Source of the DNA: an uncultured Actinomycetes bacterium
GTDB lineage: Bacteria > Actinomycetota > Actinomycetes > S36-B12 > UBA5976
Reading direction: 5' to 3'
Assembly: GCA_903925705.1 (NCBI GenBank)
Contig: CAIYGJ010000035.1
Span: 1 to 46,393 of the forward strand
DNA: 46,393 nucleotides
Shown: piece by piece, positions 1-9,881 of the stretch
Numbering within the stretch: the stretch's first letter is position 1
How the letters are laid out: each line of letters opens with the position of its first letter
Translations under genes and position numbers: made by a program
The notes under the pieces: generated by a model
Databases searched by the model: none
The model's input: only the letters and a program-made list of their open reading frames with translations
Told to the model about the DNA's origin: nothing

Positions 1-26
1 GAACGAATGTTGTCATCTTAGATTCC

Positions 27-1070
27 TTAGCCTGCTACTGCAGCTGCTAGTGCGTCACCAATTTGGCTGGTTGAGCGTGTTCCAGTTCGTGATGCTAGGT
101 CTGCTGCAACTGCATCGTCAATCTTCTTTGCAGCATCTGCATAACCCAAATGATCTAACAACATTGCAATACTCAAAACTGTCGCAGTTGGATCGGCTTT
201 ACCTTGTCCTGCGATGTCAGGCGCGCTTCCGTGCACTGGTTCGAACATGCTCGGGTTAGTGCGACTTGGATCGATGTTTCCACTTGCAGCCAGACCGATA
301 CCACCGGCAATTGCTGCGCCAATGTCAGTCAAGATATCGCCGAACAAGTTGTCAGTGACAATTACATCGAATCGTTCCGGTGAAGTTAAGAAGTACATAC
401 TTGCGGCATCGACGTGACAGTAGTCCGTTTCAATATTTGGATACTCTGCCGCAACATCATTGAATGCTCGCTGCCATAGATCTCCCGCGTAAACAATCAC
501 GTTAGTTTTGTGAACAAGTGTGACCTTGCCCCGACGGCGACCTGCGCGCTCAAATGCATCACGAATGATTCGCTCTGCGCCAAAGCGAGTGTTCATGCTG
601 ATTTCAGTTGCAACTTCATGCGCAGTGTCCTTACGAAGGAAACCACCTGCACCTACATAAGGGCCTTCAGTTCCTTCGCGACAAACTACAAAGTCAATTT
701 CTTTGGAGCCTTTTCCAACTAACGGAGAGGTAACGCCTGGGTAAAGCTTCACAGGTCGCAAGTTCAAGTGATGATCCAGCTGGAAACGCAGTGGCAATAG
801 AACTCCGCGCTCTAGAATTCCTGGCTTTACGGATGGATCGCCAATAGCACCCAACAAAATCGCATCATGTTCTTTTAGTTCAGCAACCACACTGTCTGGC
901 AAAGTTTCACCAGTTGCGTTGTATCGGCGCGCACCAAGGTCGTAATCGGTGGTGCTAAAGGTTAGGTCAACGCTGGGTGCGATTGCAGAAAGGACTTTAA
1001 GTCCCTCGGCAACTACCTCTACGCCAATGCCATCGCCGGGAATTACTGCCAATTTAATGTTGCTAGCCAT
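27..1070 (-). CDS. leuB: 3-isopropylmalate dehydrogenase
   Basis: Track ORF 27..1220 trimmed to ATG 1070 ([19 protein letters not shown]...), a typical IPMDH N-terminus. NLFGDILTD motif present. The 50 upstream codons of the track ORF run through the leuA leader and look non-coding. Confidence 0.93.
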   Translation of the reverse strand: MASNIKLAVIPGDGIGVEVVAEGLKVLSAIAPSVDLTFSTTDYDLGARRYNATGETLPDSVVAELKEHDAILLGAIGDPSVKPGILERGVLLPLRFQLDHHLNLRPVKLYPGVTSPLVGKGSKEIDFVVCREGTEGPYVGAGGFLRKDTAHEVATEISMNTRFGAERIIRDAFERAGRRRGKVTLVHKTNVIVYAGDLWQRAFNDVAAEYPNIETDYCHVDAASMYFLTSPERFDVIVTDNLFGDILTDIGAAIAGGIGLAASGNIDPSRTNPSMFEPVHGSAPDIAGQGKADPTATVLSIAMLLDHLGYADAAKKIDDAVAADLASRTGTRSTSQIGDALAAAVAG

Positions 1071-1077
1071 GGAATAA

Positions 1078-1083
1078 AGGGTA
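1078..1083 (-). promoter_or_regulatory. candidate -10 box TACCCT, 7 nt upstream of leuB ATG (leaderless candidate)
   Basis: Minus strand reads gaTACCCTttattccATG. No SD-like purine run before the ATG. Confidence 0.35.
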
Positions 1084-1130
1084 TCGGGGTTCGGTATTAA
1101 TGGAAAAAGCGAAATCTCACGAAGCGAACG

Positions 1131-1156
1131 CCTTGGGCTCAATTCCGAGGTTTTTT
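1131..1156 (+). terminator. hairpin CCTTGG-N8-CCGAGG followed by TTTTTT (terminator-like, target unknown)
   Basis: 6-bp stem (one G-U pair) at 1131-1136/1145-1150, then T6 at 1151-1156. It lies upstream of the putative leuA-leader promoter. Confidence 0.4.
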
Positions 1157-1175
1157 CAGTATCGGCGCGCGGTGC

Positions 1176-1181
1176 TAAAGT
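1176..1181 (+). promoter_or_regulatory. candidate -10 box TAAAGT for the leuA leader transcript
   Basis: TAAAGT, then 7 nt (gaaagta), then ATG 1189 of the leader ORF. No SD. Confidence 0.45.
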
Positions 1182-1188
1182 GAAAGTA

Positions 1189-1214
1189 ATGTTTACGAAC
1201 CTGCTCCTTAACTG

Positions 1215-1230
<16 letters not shown>
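1189..1230 (+). CDS. leucine leader peptide, 13 aa ([13 protein letters not shown])
   Basis: ATG TTT ACG AAC CTG CTC CTT AAC TGC CGC AAC GAG GCC TAA. Three consecutive Leu codons at 1201-1209. The ORF 3' end forms the left arm of the downstream terminator hairpin. Too short for the ORF track. Confidence 0.6.
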
Positions 1231-3296
<2,066 letters not shown>

Positions 3297-3472
3297 TTTT
3301 TGAACGCAATTACGACGCTTATGGCGTAATTAATTACATTTATTACTTTGAATTGCTGAATTATTTTTTTATTCAACCTATTTAATGGGTTTCTTCGGTG
3401 TTTTCTATTTGGATCGTTCATGTTCACTAGGTAAATTTAAGGTGTATCAAAAGCGAATCCTAAAGGTCTCAC

Positions 3473-4006
3473 ATGTTGCCGAAACGTAAACTTCCCTTGA
3501 AATTTTATATAACGACTGCCACCTTGGCGGTTTTTTCTCTATCTTTCCTCGTCCCTACCAGCGCAAATGCCGCAACTTTATCTTCGGAAGAAAAGGCCTT
3601 GGTGCGAAGTATCGCCAAGACTTCACCTGAAATTGCCCAAGTTGTTCAAGCCGCACTGACTCGCGAAGATGCCAAGTATCGCGCAGGCGGGACCGGGCCA
3701 GATGCATTTGATTGCTCTGGATTAGTTATGTGGTCATTTGGAAAGGCGGGGGTGAAACTAAAGCACGGTACCGCAAATCAAATCAAACAAGTGAAGCGAA
3801 TAAGTAAAAAGGATCTGAAGCCTGGAGATTTGGTGTTTTCTGGTAGAGCAAAGGGCGGCATTCAACACGTTGCGCTTTACATCGGCGATGGAAAAGTCAT
3901 TCACGCTACGTATGGATCGACATCCCGTAAGAATCAAGTCCGGATTGATGACTTGAATTCTTCGTGGGTTATGGATCACAAAGCTTACGGTCGAGTGAAG
4001 CTCTAA
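3473..4006 (+). CDS. secreted NlpC/P60 peptidoglycan endopeptidase
   Basis: Sec-type signal peptide (KRKLPLKFYITTATLAVFSLSFLVPTSANA/A). Catalytic Cys in DCSGLVMW and His in HVALYIGDGKVIHA. Confidence 0.85.
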   Translation: MLPKRKLPLKFYITTATLAVFSLSFLVPTSANAATLSSEEKALVRSIAKTSPEIAQVVQAALTREDAKYRAGGTGPDAFDCSGLVMWSFGKAGVKLKHGTANQIKQVKRISKKDLKPGDLVFSGRAKGGIQHVALYIGDGKVIHATYGSTSRKNQVRIDDLNSSWVMDHKAYGRVKL

Positions 4007-4058
4007 GGCTTCGTCTCGATGCCTACGGTCGAGTAAAACTTTAAAGCTTTACTTCGCT
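3983..4058. repeat. 38-nt tandem duplication spanning the NlpC/P60 stop and the GNAT stop
   Basis: Unit 1 (3983-4020) begins gct tac ggt cga gtg aag ctc taa. Unit 2 (4021-4058) begins gcc tac ggt cga gta aaa ctt taa. Both encode AYGRVKL-stop. 20/24 identical, and all 4 differences fall at codon third positions. Confidence 0.75.
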
Positions 4059-4595
4059 CTTTGGAAATTTTGCAAACAAAACCGAATTTGTTTGAGTTCC
4101 ATCTCTCCTAGTCATTCCATCGCGCAAAACCGTTTCCAACTCGAAACCAGCATTAAGCAAAGTTTTTTGCGATGCTAGATTTTCTGGCAGGGTGATTGCC
4201 GTTATCCTGCGAAATCCAATCGCGAAGGCAAAGTCAGTCAACATCTCAACTGCATGTGCGGCCAAGCCCTCACCTCGGGCTTGTGGACTAACCCAATAGC
4301 CAATTTCTCCAACATGGTCGAACTCATGAATGCTATGCAGGCTGATGGACATTGCTAATTCACCATTGCGCACTCCAGCTAAGGAAATTTTGTCTCGCTC
4401 CACATACTTTTGCGCTGAAGATCGAATCCACAGCTCGGCGATCTCTTTTGTATAAGGTACGGGAACCGTGGTGAATTCTTGGATGGCTGGATCCTGACAG
4501 ATTTCAAAAACTGCTGAAACATCATCAAGGTGCCATGGGCGAAGCATTAGCGCCTTATCAACGAGCACTGGTTCGCTAATCGGCCAAGAAATCAT
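4041..4595 (-). CDS. GNAT family N-acetyltransferase (RimJ/RimL-like)
   Basis: 184-aa ORF with GNAT core pattern (GYWVSPQARGEGLAAHAVEMLTDFAF). Confidence 0.8.
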   Translation of the reverse strand: MISWPISEPVLVDKALMLRPWHLDDVSAVFEICQDPAIQEFTTVPVPYTKEIAELWIRSSAQKYVERDKISLAGVRNGELAMSISLHSIHEFDHVGEIGYWVSPQARGEGLAAHAVEMLTDFAFAIGFRRITAITLPENLASQKTLLNAGFELETVLRDGMTRRDGTQTNSVLFAKFPKSEVKL

Positions 4596-4658
4596 GGGCT
4601 AACTATGCCACAACGCAATGTTAAATCGGTATTCTGGAATCACTTCGAAGGAGTAGAT

Positions 4659-5888
4659 ATGTCAAACGCTTTCTGGCACGGATTTGCCGATATGCACGCT
4701 ATTTCAAATAACGGTCCCCTAGTAATTACTAAGGGTGAAGGCTCCTGGATTTGGGATGACAGCGGAAAGAAGTACTTCGATGCAGCCGGCGCGCTGTGGT
4801 ACATGAATGTTGGACATGGCCGAAAAGAAATCGGTGATGCCATGGCAGCTCAGGCTGCAAACATTGCCTCATATTCCTCATTTGGTGAATGTACAACTGC
4901 GCCAACTATTGAGCTAGCGGATTTAGTGGCCTCACTATCACCAGTTCCAGACTCAAAAATCTTCTTTACTTCTGGTGGCAGCGACAGTATCGATACTGCA
5001 TTAAAAATGTCACGTCGGTATTGGACCTTGCAAGGAAAGCCAGCCAAGAAAGTAATCGTATTCCGTGAAAACGGTTATCACGGAATGCATGCTGGCGGAA
5101 CTTCGATCGCCGGCATTCCACCTAACAATGACGGATATTCTGAATTAGTTGAAGACGTGGTTCGAGTTCCTTGGGATGACGCCGAAGAAATGATTGCAAC
5201 AATCGATCGCATTGGTGAAGAAAACATTGCGGCATTCTTCTGTGAACCAATTCAGGGTGCAGGCGGTGTCCGGATTCCACCAGATCTCTACCTTCAGACT
5301 GTTCGCAAGGCCTGCGCCGAACGCAACATACTATTCGTGGCAGATGAAGTTATTAATGGCTTTGGGCGCTGTGGCGATTGGTTTGCGTCAACTCGATATG
5401 GCTTAGCTCCTGACTTGATTACCGTCGCAAAAGGATTAACTTCTGGTTATGCACCAATGGGCGCAGTTATTGCTGCTCCTTCAGTTTGGGAATCGTTCTA
5501 CGCACCTAGCGCTGGCGTATGGCGTCACGGTTACACCTACGGTGGGCATGCAACTGCAGCAGCCGCTGGTGTAGCTAACATCAAAATCATGATGCGGGAA
5601 AACCTTCCAGCTCATGTTGCGCGCCTAGAAGATAAGTTTGCCAGTGCTCTGCGCACCCTTGAAGACCTAGACGTTGTTAGCGAAGTTCGCACTGGCGTTG
5701 GATTCTTAGGTGGCATCCAGATGGCGGATCCAAATTCGGCACCAGCAATGTATGCGAAGTGCCGCGATGTTGGTGTCATCTCACGTGCAATTTGGGGAGG
5801 CGCCCTTCAAGTAGCGCCACCACTAAGCACCACTGAGGCAGAAATCGACGAGATGGTTGCGCTGTTCCGAGTTGGGCTAACGAGTTAA
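4659..5888 (+). CDS. class-III (omega) PLP aminotransferase
   Basis: Track ORF 4605..5888 trimmed to ATG 4659, preceded by GAAGGAG. Motifs include FFTSGGSDS, ADEVINGFGRCG and the PLP-lysine context ITVAKGLTSGY. Confidence 0.85.
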   Translation: MSNAFWHGFADMHAISNNGPLVITKGEGSWIWDDSGKKYFDAAGALWYMNVGHGRKEIGDAMAAQAANIASYSSFGECTTAPTIELADLVASLSPVPDSKIFFTSGGSDSIDTALKMSRRYWTLQGKPAKKVIVFRENGYHGMHAGGTSIAGIPPNNDGYSELVEDVVRVPWDDAEEMIATIDRIGEENIAAFFCEPIQGAGGVRIPPDLYLQTVRKACAERNILFVADEVINGFGRCGDWFASTRYGLAPDLITVAKGLTSGYAPMGAVIAAPSVWESFYAPSAGVWRHGYTYGGHATAAAAGVANIKIMMRENLPAHVARLEDKFASALRTLEDLDVVSEVRTGVGFLGGIQMADPNSAPAMYAKCRDVGVISRAIWGGALQVAPPLSTTEAEIDEMVALFRVGLTS

Positions 5889-5900
5889 CTAGATTCTTAG

Positions 5901-6857
5901 TTAAGCAATCTCTTTTGAATTAACTGCGCCTGGAACTTCGACGCCTCCAAACGCAGCAACCACTGATTCAGCAACAGCAATACCCGCTTTTTCCTGGGCC
6001 TCTTCAGTTGATGCACCCAAGTGTGGAGTGGCAACAACATTATCAAGGCCAAACAAAGGTGAATCTGTGCAAGGTTCTGATGCATAAACATCTAAGCCAG
6101 CGCCAGCGATTATTCCAGCTTTGAGCGCATCAAATAATGCAGCCTCATCAAGCACTCCGCCGCGGGCTGCGTTGATGACAAAGGCGGTGGACTTCATCTT
6201 TGCAAGTTCTGCGGCGCTGATTAGCCCTGCAGTTTCTGGCGTCTTTGGGATGTGGATCGTTACAAAATCTGATTCGGCCAACAATTCGTCAAGTGAAACC
6301 ATTTTGATTTCCGGTCCACCACTTGGTGCCGTTGCGACATAAGGATCGTAGGCCACAAACTTCATGTCGAAGCCAGCAAGTCGCTGGGCGACTAACATAC
6401 CGATTTTGCCCATTCCGATAATTCCGACGGTCTTACCTTGAAGTTCAACTCCCCCAAATTGGGAGCGCTTCCATTGACCATTCTTAAGCGCCAAGTTAGC
6501 TGGAACTACATTTCGGGCAACTGCCAATAGGAGCGAAACTGCAAGTTCTGCTGCCGAAACAATGTTGCTAGTTGGCGCATTTACAACCAACACTCCCGCA
6601 GTAGTTGCCGCTGGGACATCAACATTGTCTAAGCCAACTCCCGCGCGCGCGATAATCTTCATGTTTGGAGCTGCAGCTATTGCTTCCGCATCCATTTTGG
6701 TGGCCGAACGAATCAAAACTGCATTGGCGATGGACAATGCCGTTAGTAATTCTGCGCGATTTGCCCCATCGCAATGTTGAATTTCAAATTGGTCGCCAAG
6801 GACTGAGATCGTGGCTGGGGAAAGTTCTTCGGCAATTAGTACTACAGGCTTGGACAT
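5901..6857 (-). CDS. serA: D-3-phosphoglycerate dehydrogenase-like 2-hydroxyacid dehydrogenase, catalytic core only (318 aa)
   Basis: N-terminus MSKPVVLIAEELSP... and GVGLDNVDV, GIIGMGKIGMLVA, NAARGG, PHLGAST motifs. From memory it is collinear with the first ~320 aa of mycobacterial SerA1. It ends before any ASB/ACT domain. Confidence 0.7.
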   Translation of the reverse strand: MSKPVVLIAEELSPATISVLGDQFEIQHCDGANRAELLTALSIANAVLIRSATKMDAEAIAAAPNMKIIARAGVGLDNVDVPAATTAGVLVVNAPTSNIVSAAELAVSLLLAVARNVVPANLALKNGQWKRSQFGGVELQGKTVGIIGMGKIGMLVAQRLAGFDMKFVAYDPYVATAPSGGPEIKMVSLDELLAESDFVTIHIPKTPETAGLISAAELAKMKSTAFVINAARGGVLDEAALFDALKAGIIAGAGLDVYASEPCTDSPLFGLDNVVATPHLGASTEEAQEKAGIAVAESVVAAFGGVEVPGAVNSKEIA

Positions 6858-6863
6858 GCCCTG

Positions 6864-6869
6864 ATTGTA
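6864..6869 (-). promoter_or_regulatory. candidate -10 box TACAAT, 6 nt upstream of the serA-like ATG (leaderless candidate)
   Basis: Minus strand reads TACAATcagggcATG. No SD. Confidence 0.5.
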
Positions 6870-6938
6870 GATGAAATCAAAGAATGACGGCTGCGAAGAT
6901 TTGGCAGGTACTACTTGCTTAACGCAGGCACTTAACTG

Positions 6939-7589
6939 CTACCAAAAATCTGGCTCTTCATCCGTTGCACGCCAACAATGCCAGGCAACAACACTTCGGT
7001 AGGGAGATAGGTGGTCGGTGACGCCCATAACTTCTTTTTCAGTTGGCGTATAACCCAAACCTTGGATGATTCCCCAACCCCGACGGACTCCCAAGTCGCC
7101 GATTGGCCACACATCTAACCTGCCTAATCGAAACATCATGAACATCTCAACAGTCCAGCGACCAATTCCCCAGAACTGAGTCAATTGCTTAATGATTTCT
7201 TCATCTGGTAGCTCATCAACTGACTCTAGATCGAAACCCTTAACAACAGCATCACTCAATTCAATGATGGTTCGTGCCTTGGCGTTACTAAGTCCTACTT
7301 CACGCAGCTCAAGATGGCCCAACTTAAGTAACTTTGCTGGTTTAACTGGTGACCCAGTTTTGGCAATTAATCTATGCGTGATCGTGTCAGCAGCTTTTCC
7401 AGACAACTGCTGTCCAATTACTGCAAAGACGATCGTCTCGAAGTGTGAGTTATGGGCTGGCTCTTTAGAAACTGGATAAAGCGGCGCATTCTCCAAGAAT
7501 CTGCCAAGGCGTTTATCTTGAGTTGCCAAATACTTTTGAATGGATTTGATTGATTTGAGTTTGGGTGGAGATTTCGGTTTTTCCGTCAT
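6939..7589 (-). CDS. HhH-GPD DNA glycosylase (AlkA / 3-methyladenine glycosylase II-like)
   Basis: 216 aa. Helix-hairpin-helix region GIGRWTVEMF followed by the catalytic Asp context WPIGDLGVRRG. The start overlaps the P450 stop (ATGA). Confidence 0.8.
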   Translation of the reverse strand: MTEKPKSPPKLKSIKSIQKYLATQDKRLGRFLENAPLYPVSKEPAHNSHFETIVFAVIGQQLSGKAADTITHRLIAKTGSPVKPAKLLKLGHLELREVGLSNAKARTIIELSDAVVKGFDLESVDELPDEEIIKQLTQFWGIGRWTVEMFMMFRLGRLDVWPIGDLGVRRGWGIIQGLGYTPTEKEVMGVTDHLSPYRSVVAWHCWRATDEEPDFW

Positions 7590-8785
7590 CTGAACCTTCG
7601 AGCTGATGGCGTGAACTTTATTGGCAGTTCGATCGGACCAGTGTTTCCACTATCTGGGAGATAGGTAGCACCAGAAACAATTTCAAAGTCCGGCAGGCGC
7701 TGTGCAAGTGCTTTATAGGCTTCTGCCATATCAAGGCGGGCAACATAATGACCTAGGCAATGATGCATTCCACCACCGAAGCCGAAGTGAGGTGGTCTTT
7801 GCGCGGTTATGTCGAACTCGGCATTTTCAAACCGACGCGGATCACTGCCGGAGGGAATTGTTAACAAGTGAATAGTTTTGCCTTGTGGGATTACTAGCTC
7901 CTTGTATTCAACGTCAACTGAAGCCTCGCGACTAACCCAAGTAATTGTTGGATTAACTCGCATAACTTCTTCAACTGCGCTTCGAGCCAAGTCTGGATTC
8001 TGACCTAAGTTTTGCCACTGATCCATGTGTTTTGAAAAAGTCTGTAACCCTAAACCAATTTGATTTCGAGTGGTATCAAAGCCGGCGAAGATAATGAAGC
8101 TAACCAACATCAACAATTCATGATCCGTGATTTTCTTGCCATCGGTATTTGCCTTGATCAGTGTGCCAACAAAATCATCACCAGCAGTGCCCTGCCGGCT
8201 TGCTATCAAGGATTTAGATATCTCTAATAGTCCAGATAACCCATGCTCAATTACTTCTAAGTCATCTTTGATCGTGATACTAAATACGTACCCAAGTTCA
8301 GTAGCGAGATCTGCAATTTCTCGCCAGTGTGACTTATCAATGCCAAGCAAACCAGTGATTACTCGGGCTGAATAAGCCTCAGCAAATTCACTCATAAATT
8401 CCGCGCTGCCACGCTCACAAAATCCATCAATTAACTCATGGGCAAGTTCAGAAAACGTTGGGATCAATGGCTCAAGGACCTTTGGCGAAAAGGCGGGGCC
8501 TGAAAGTTTGCGAAGTCGCAGGTGATCTTCACCTTCGATGCTAAGCATGATGTCGGGCCACCACTTGGCTAGAAGGCCTTCAGTGATGTCAAAGTGTGAT
8601 GGCCACCTGCGGGTTCCTTGATAAAGGCGCTTGTCCTTAAGCAAGGCATTGGAATCTTCATAACGCAAGATTGCAATTCCAAAATTCGTTGTTGCATACC
8701 AATGTTGCTCACGAACCTGCATGACTTGATCAGAACGGATTGAAAATCCGGTTTCTGAGAAATCCAGGTGGGCAATGTCTGACAT
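7586..8785 (-). CDS. cytochrome P450
   Basis: Heme-thiolate loop FGFGGGMHHCLG, I-helix AGFDTT, ExxR (EEVMR). 399 aa. Confidence 0.9.
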   Translation of the reverse strand: MSDIAHLDFSETGFSIRSDQVMQVREQHWYATTNFGIAILRYEDSNALLKDKRLYQGTRRWPSHFDITEGLLAKWWPDIMLSIEGEDHLRLRKLSGPAFSPKVLEPLIPTFSELAHELIDGFCERGSAEFMSEFAEAYSARVITGLLGIDKSHWREIADLATELGYVFSITIKDDLEVIEHGLSGLLEISKSLIASRQGTAGDDFVGTLIKANTDGKKITDHELLMLVSFIIFAGFDTTRNQIGLGLQTFSKHMDQWQNLGQNPDLARSAVEEVMRVNPTITWVSREASVDVEYKELVIPQGKTIHLLTIPSGSDPRRFENAEFDITAQRPPHFGFGGGMHHCLGHYVARLDMAEAYKALAQRLPDFEIVSGATYLPDSGNTGPIELPIKFTPSARRFR

Positions 8786-8793
8786 GTTAGGAA

Positions 8794-9831
8794 TTAATCT
8801 TTACCAATGCGTGGCCAGGTATCGCTGACGATGTAGCCAAGCGGGTAAGGATCTGTTGGATCCAACATATGTTGATGAGTACCAGTGAGCCAGGCCTGAC
8901 CTGCAATTGAAGGAATGATTCCTGGCTTATCGCCAATCATTACTTCCTGTTCAATTCGACCTTCAAAATGTGATCCGATGATTGAACGTCCGCGGATTCG
9001 ATCGCCGAGTTTCATTACTCCTCGGGCATGTAAAACTGCCATTCGAGCCGAAACTCCAGTTCCTGTCGGTGAGCGATCAATTTTTCCTGGCTGAACCGCA
9101 ACGGCATTATGGCTAATCAGAGAGCCATTTTCTTCAAATACCGGCATTGCCATTTGGCAGAACGAGAAGTGCGTCCAGCCCGGGATGGTTGGGTGAGTAA
9201 AAGTTAATTGCTCATTTGCAGCTTTGGTGATTCCAATCCCCATAACCGCAAGATCGCGAGCTTCACTTGGATCGAGTGTGAATCCTAATTCCTTGGCATT
9301 CACAATAACGAAACTGTCGCCACCCCAAGCGGTGTCAACCGTCAACCTGCCTAAGCCAGGCACCTCCAGTTTGGTATCTAAGGTTGCCGCAAACGCCGGA
9401 ACGTTATGAACTTTAATTTGAGTCGCCTTGCCGTCTTTACACGTTGCAAACACTTCAACAAGTCCAGCAGGCGCTTCCATAAAGAAATGAGTTTCTGGTT
9501 CAACCATTGGAACAATTCCAGTTTCCAGAACTACTGTGGCAACACACATTGAATTCGAGCCAGACATTAGCGGGGTATCTTCTGGTTCCATGATGATAAA
9601 TCCAACAGCGGCTTTTGGATCCTTTGGGGGAACCAACATGTTCACATGTCGGAAGACACCGCCACGTGGTTCATTCAAAACAAACTGACGAAGTTCATTG
9701 TCGGTAGCGATAAATCGTGACTGGTCATACAAAGTATCGCCAGGTGGTGGATTAACACCACCAACAATTACATCGCCTACTTCACCTTCGGCATGACAAC
9801 TAACAACGTGGATTGTTTTGATTGATCGCAT
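8794..9831 (-). CDS. proline racemase superfamily protein with Ser/Thr in place of the catalytic Cys pair
   Basis: 345 aa. First catalytic motif reads LMSGSNSMC (canonical xMCGHNSI). Second reads DRSPTGTG (canonical DRSPCGTG). Confidence 0.85.
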   Translation of the reverse strand: MRSIKTIHVVSCHAEGEVGDVIVGGVNPPPGDTLYDQSRFIATDNELRQFVLNEPRGGVFRHVNMLVPPKDPKAAVGFIIMEPEDTPLMSGSNSMCVATVVLETGIVPMVEPETHFFMEAPAGLVEVFATCKDGKATQIKVHNVPAFAATLDTKLEVPGLGRLTVDTAWGGDSFVIVNAKELGFTLDPSEARDLAVMGIGITKAANEQLTFTHPTIPGWTHFSFCQMAMPVFEENGSLISHNAVAVQPGKIDRSPTGTGVSARMAVLHARGVMKLGDRIRGRSIIGSHFEGRIEQEVMIGDKPGIIPSIAGQAWLTGTHQHMLDPTDPYPLGYIVSDTWPRIGKD

Positions 9832-9838
9832 GGATTCA

Positions 9839-9844
9839 AGTTTA
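9839..9844 (-). promoter_or_regulatory. candidate -10 box TAAACT, 7 nt upstream of ATG 9831 (leaderless candidate)
   Basis: Minus strand reads TAAACTtgaatccATG. It follows the nadR-like terminator hairpin. Confidence 0.45.
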
Positions 9845-9850
9845 GGCTTA

Positions 9851-9871
9851 CAAAACCTTGCCTAAGGCAGG
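9851..9871 (-). terminator. terminator-like hairpin after the nadR-like gene
   Basis: Minus strand reads CCTGCC-tta-GGCAAGG (6 bp, one bulged A) followed by TTTTG. It starts 10 nt after the stop codon. Confidence 0.4.
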
Positions 9872-9881
9872 AACTGTAAAT

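Noticed and set aside
3297-3472. Possible c-di-AMP (ydaO-type) riboswitch or other structured leader upstream of the NlpC/P60 hydrolase. Such riboswitches often precede cell-wall hydrolase genes in Actinobacteria. Also a possible terminator hairpin AATTACG-N10-CGTAATT (3308-3331) after the leuA-NIL operon.
   Set aside because: The 176-nt spacer is very AT-rich. It lacks the G/C-rich conserved helices and ACGGGG/CCCA-type elements I associate with that riboswitch. The hairpin has only a 7-bp AT-rich stem without a clean T-tract. A covariance-model scan (Rfam) would settle it.
3385-3495. A 36-codon ORF (MGFFGVFYLDRS...) in the AT-rich spacer that overlaps the NlpC/P60 start in another frame.
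   Set aside because: No SD or TANNNT context, AT-rich low-information sequence, and it overlaps a well-supported signal-peptide-encoding start. Probably spurious.
4041-4595. The GNAT acetyltransferase as the toxin of a GNAT/RHH toxin-antitoxin pair.
   Set aside because: No small antitoxin ORF is upstream or overlapping. The protein looks RimJ/RimL-like rather than TacT/AtaT-like. Its neighbour is a divergently transcribed aminotransferase.
5883-5914. A possible fourth tail duplication at the aminotransferase/serA-like junction. agttaa occurs at 5883-5888 (the aminotransferase end) and again at 5899-5904, where TTAA overlaps the serA-like stop. Period 16 nt.
   Set aside because: Only a 6-nt perfect match and about 10/16 identity over the unit. 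That is too short to distinguish from chance without comparative data.
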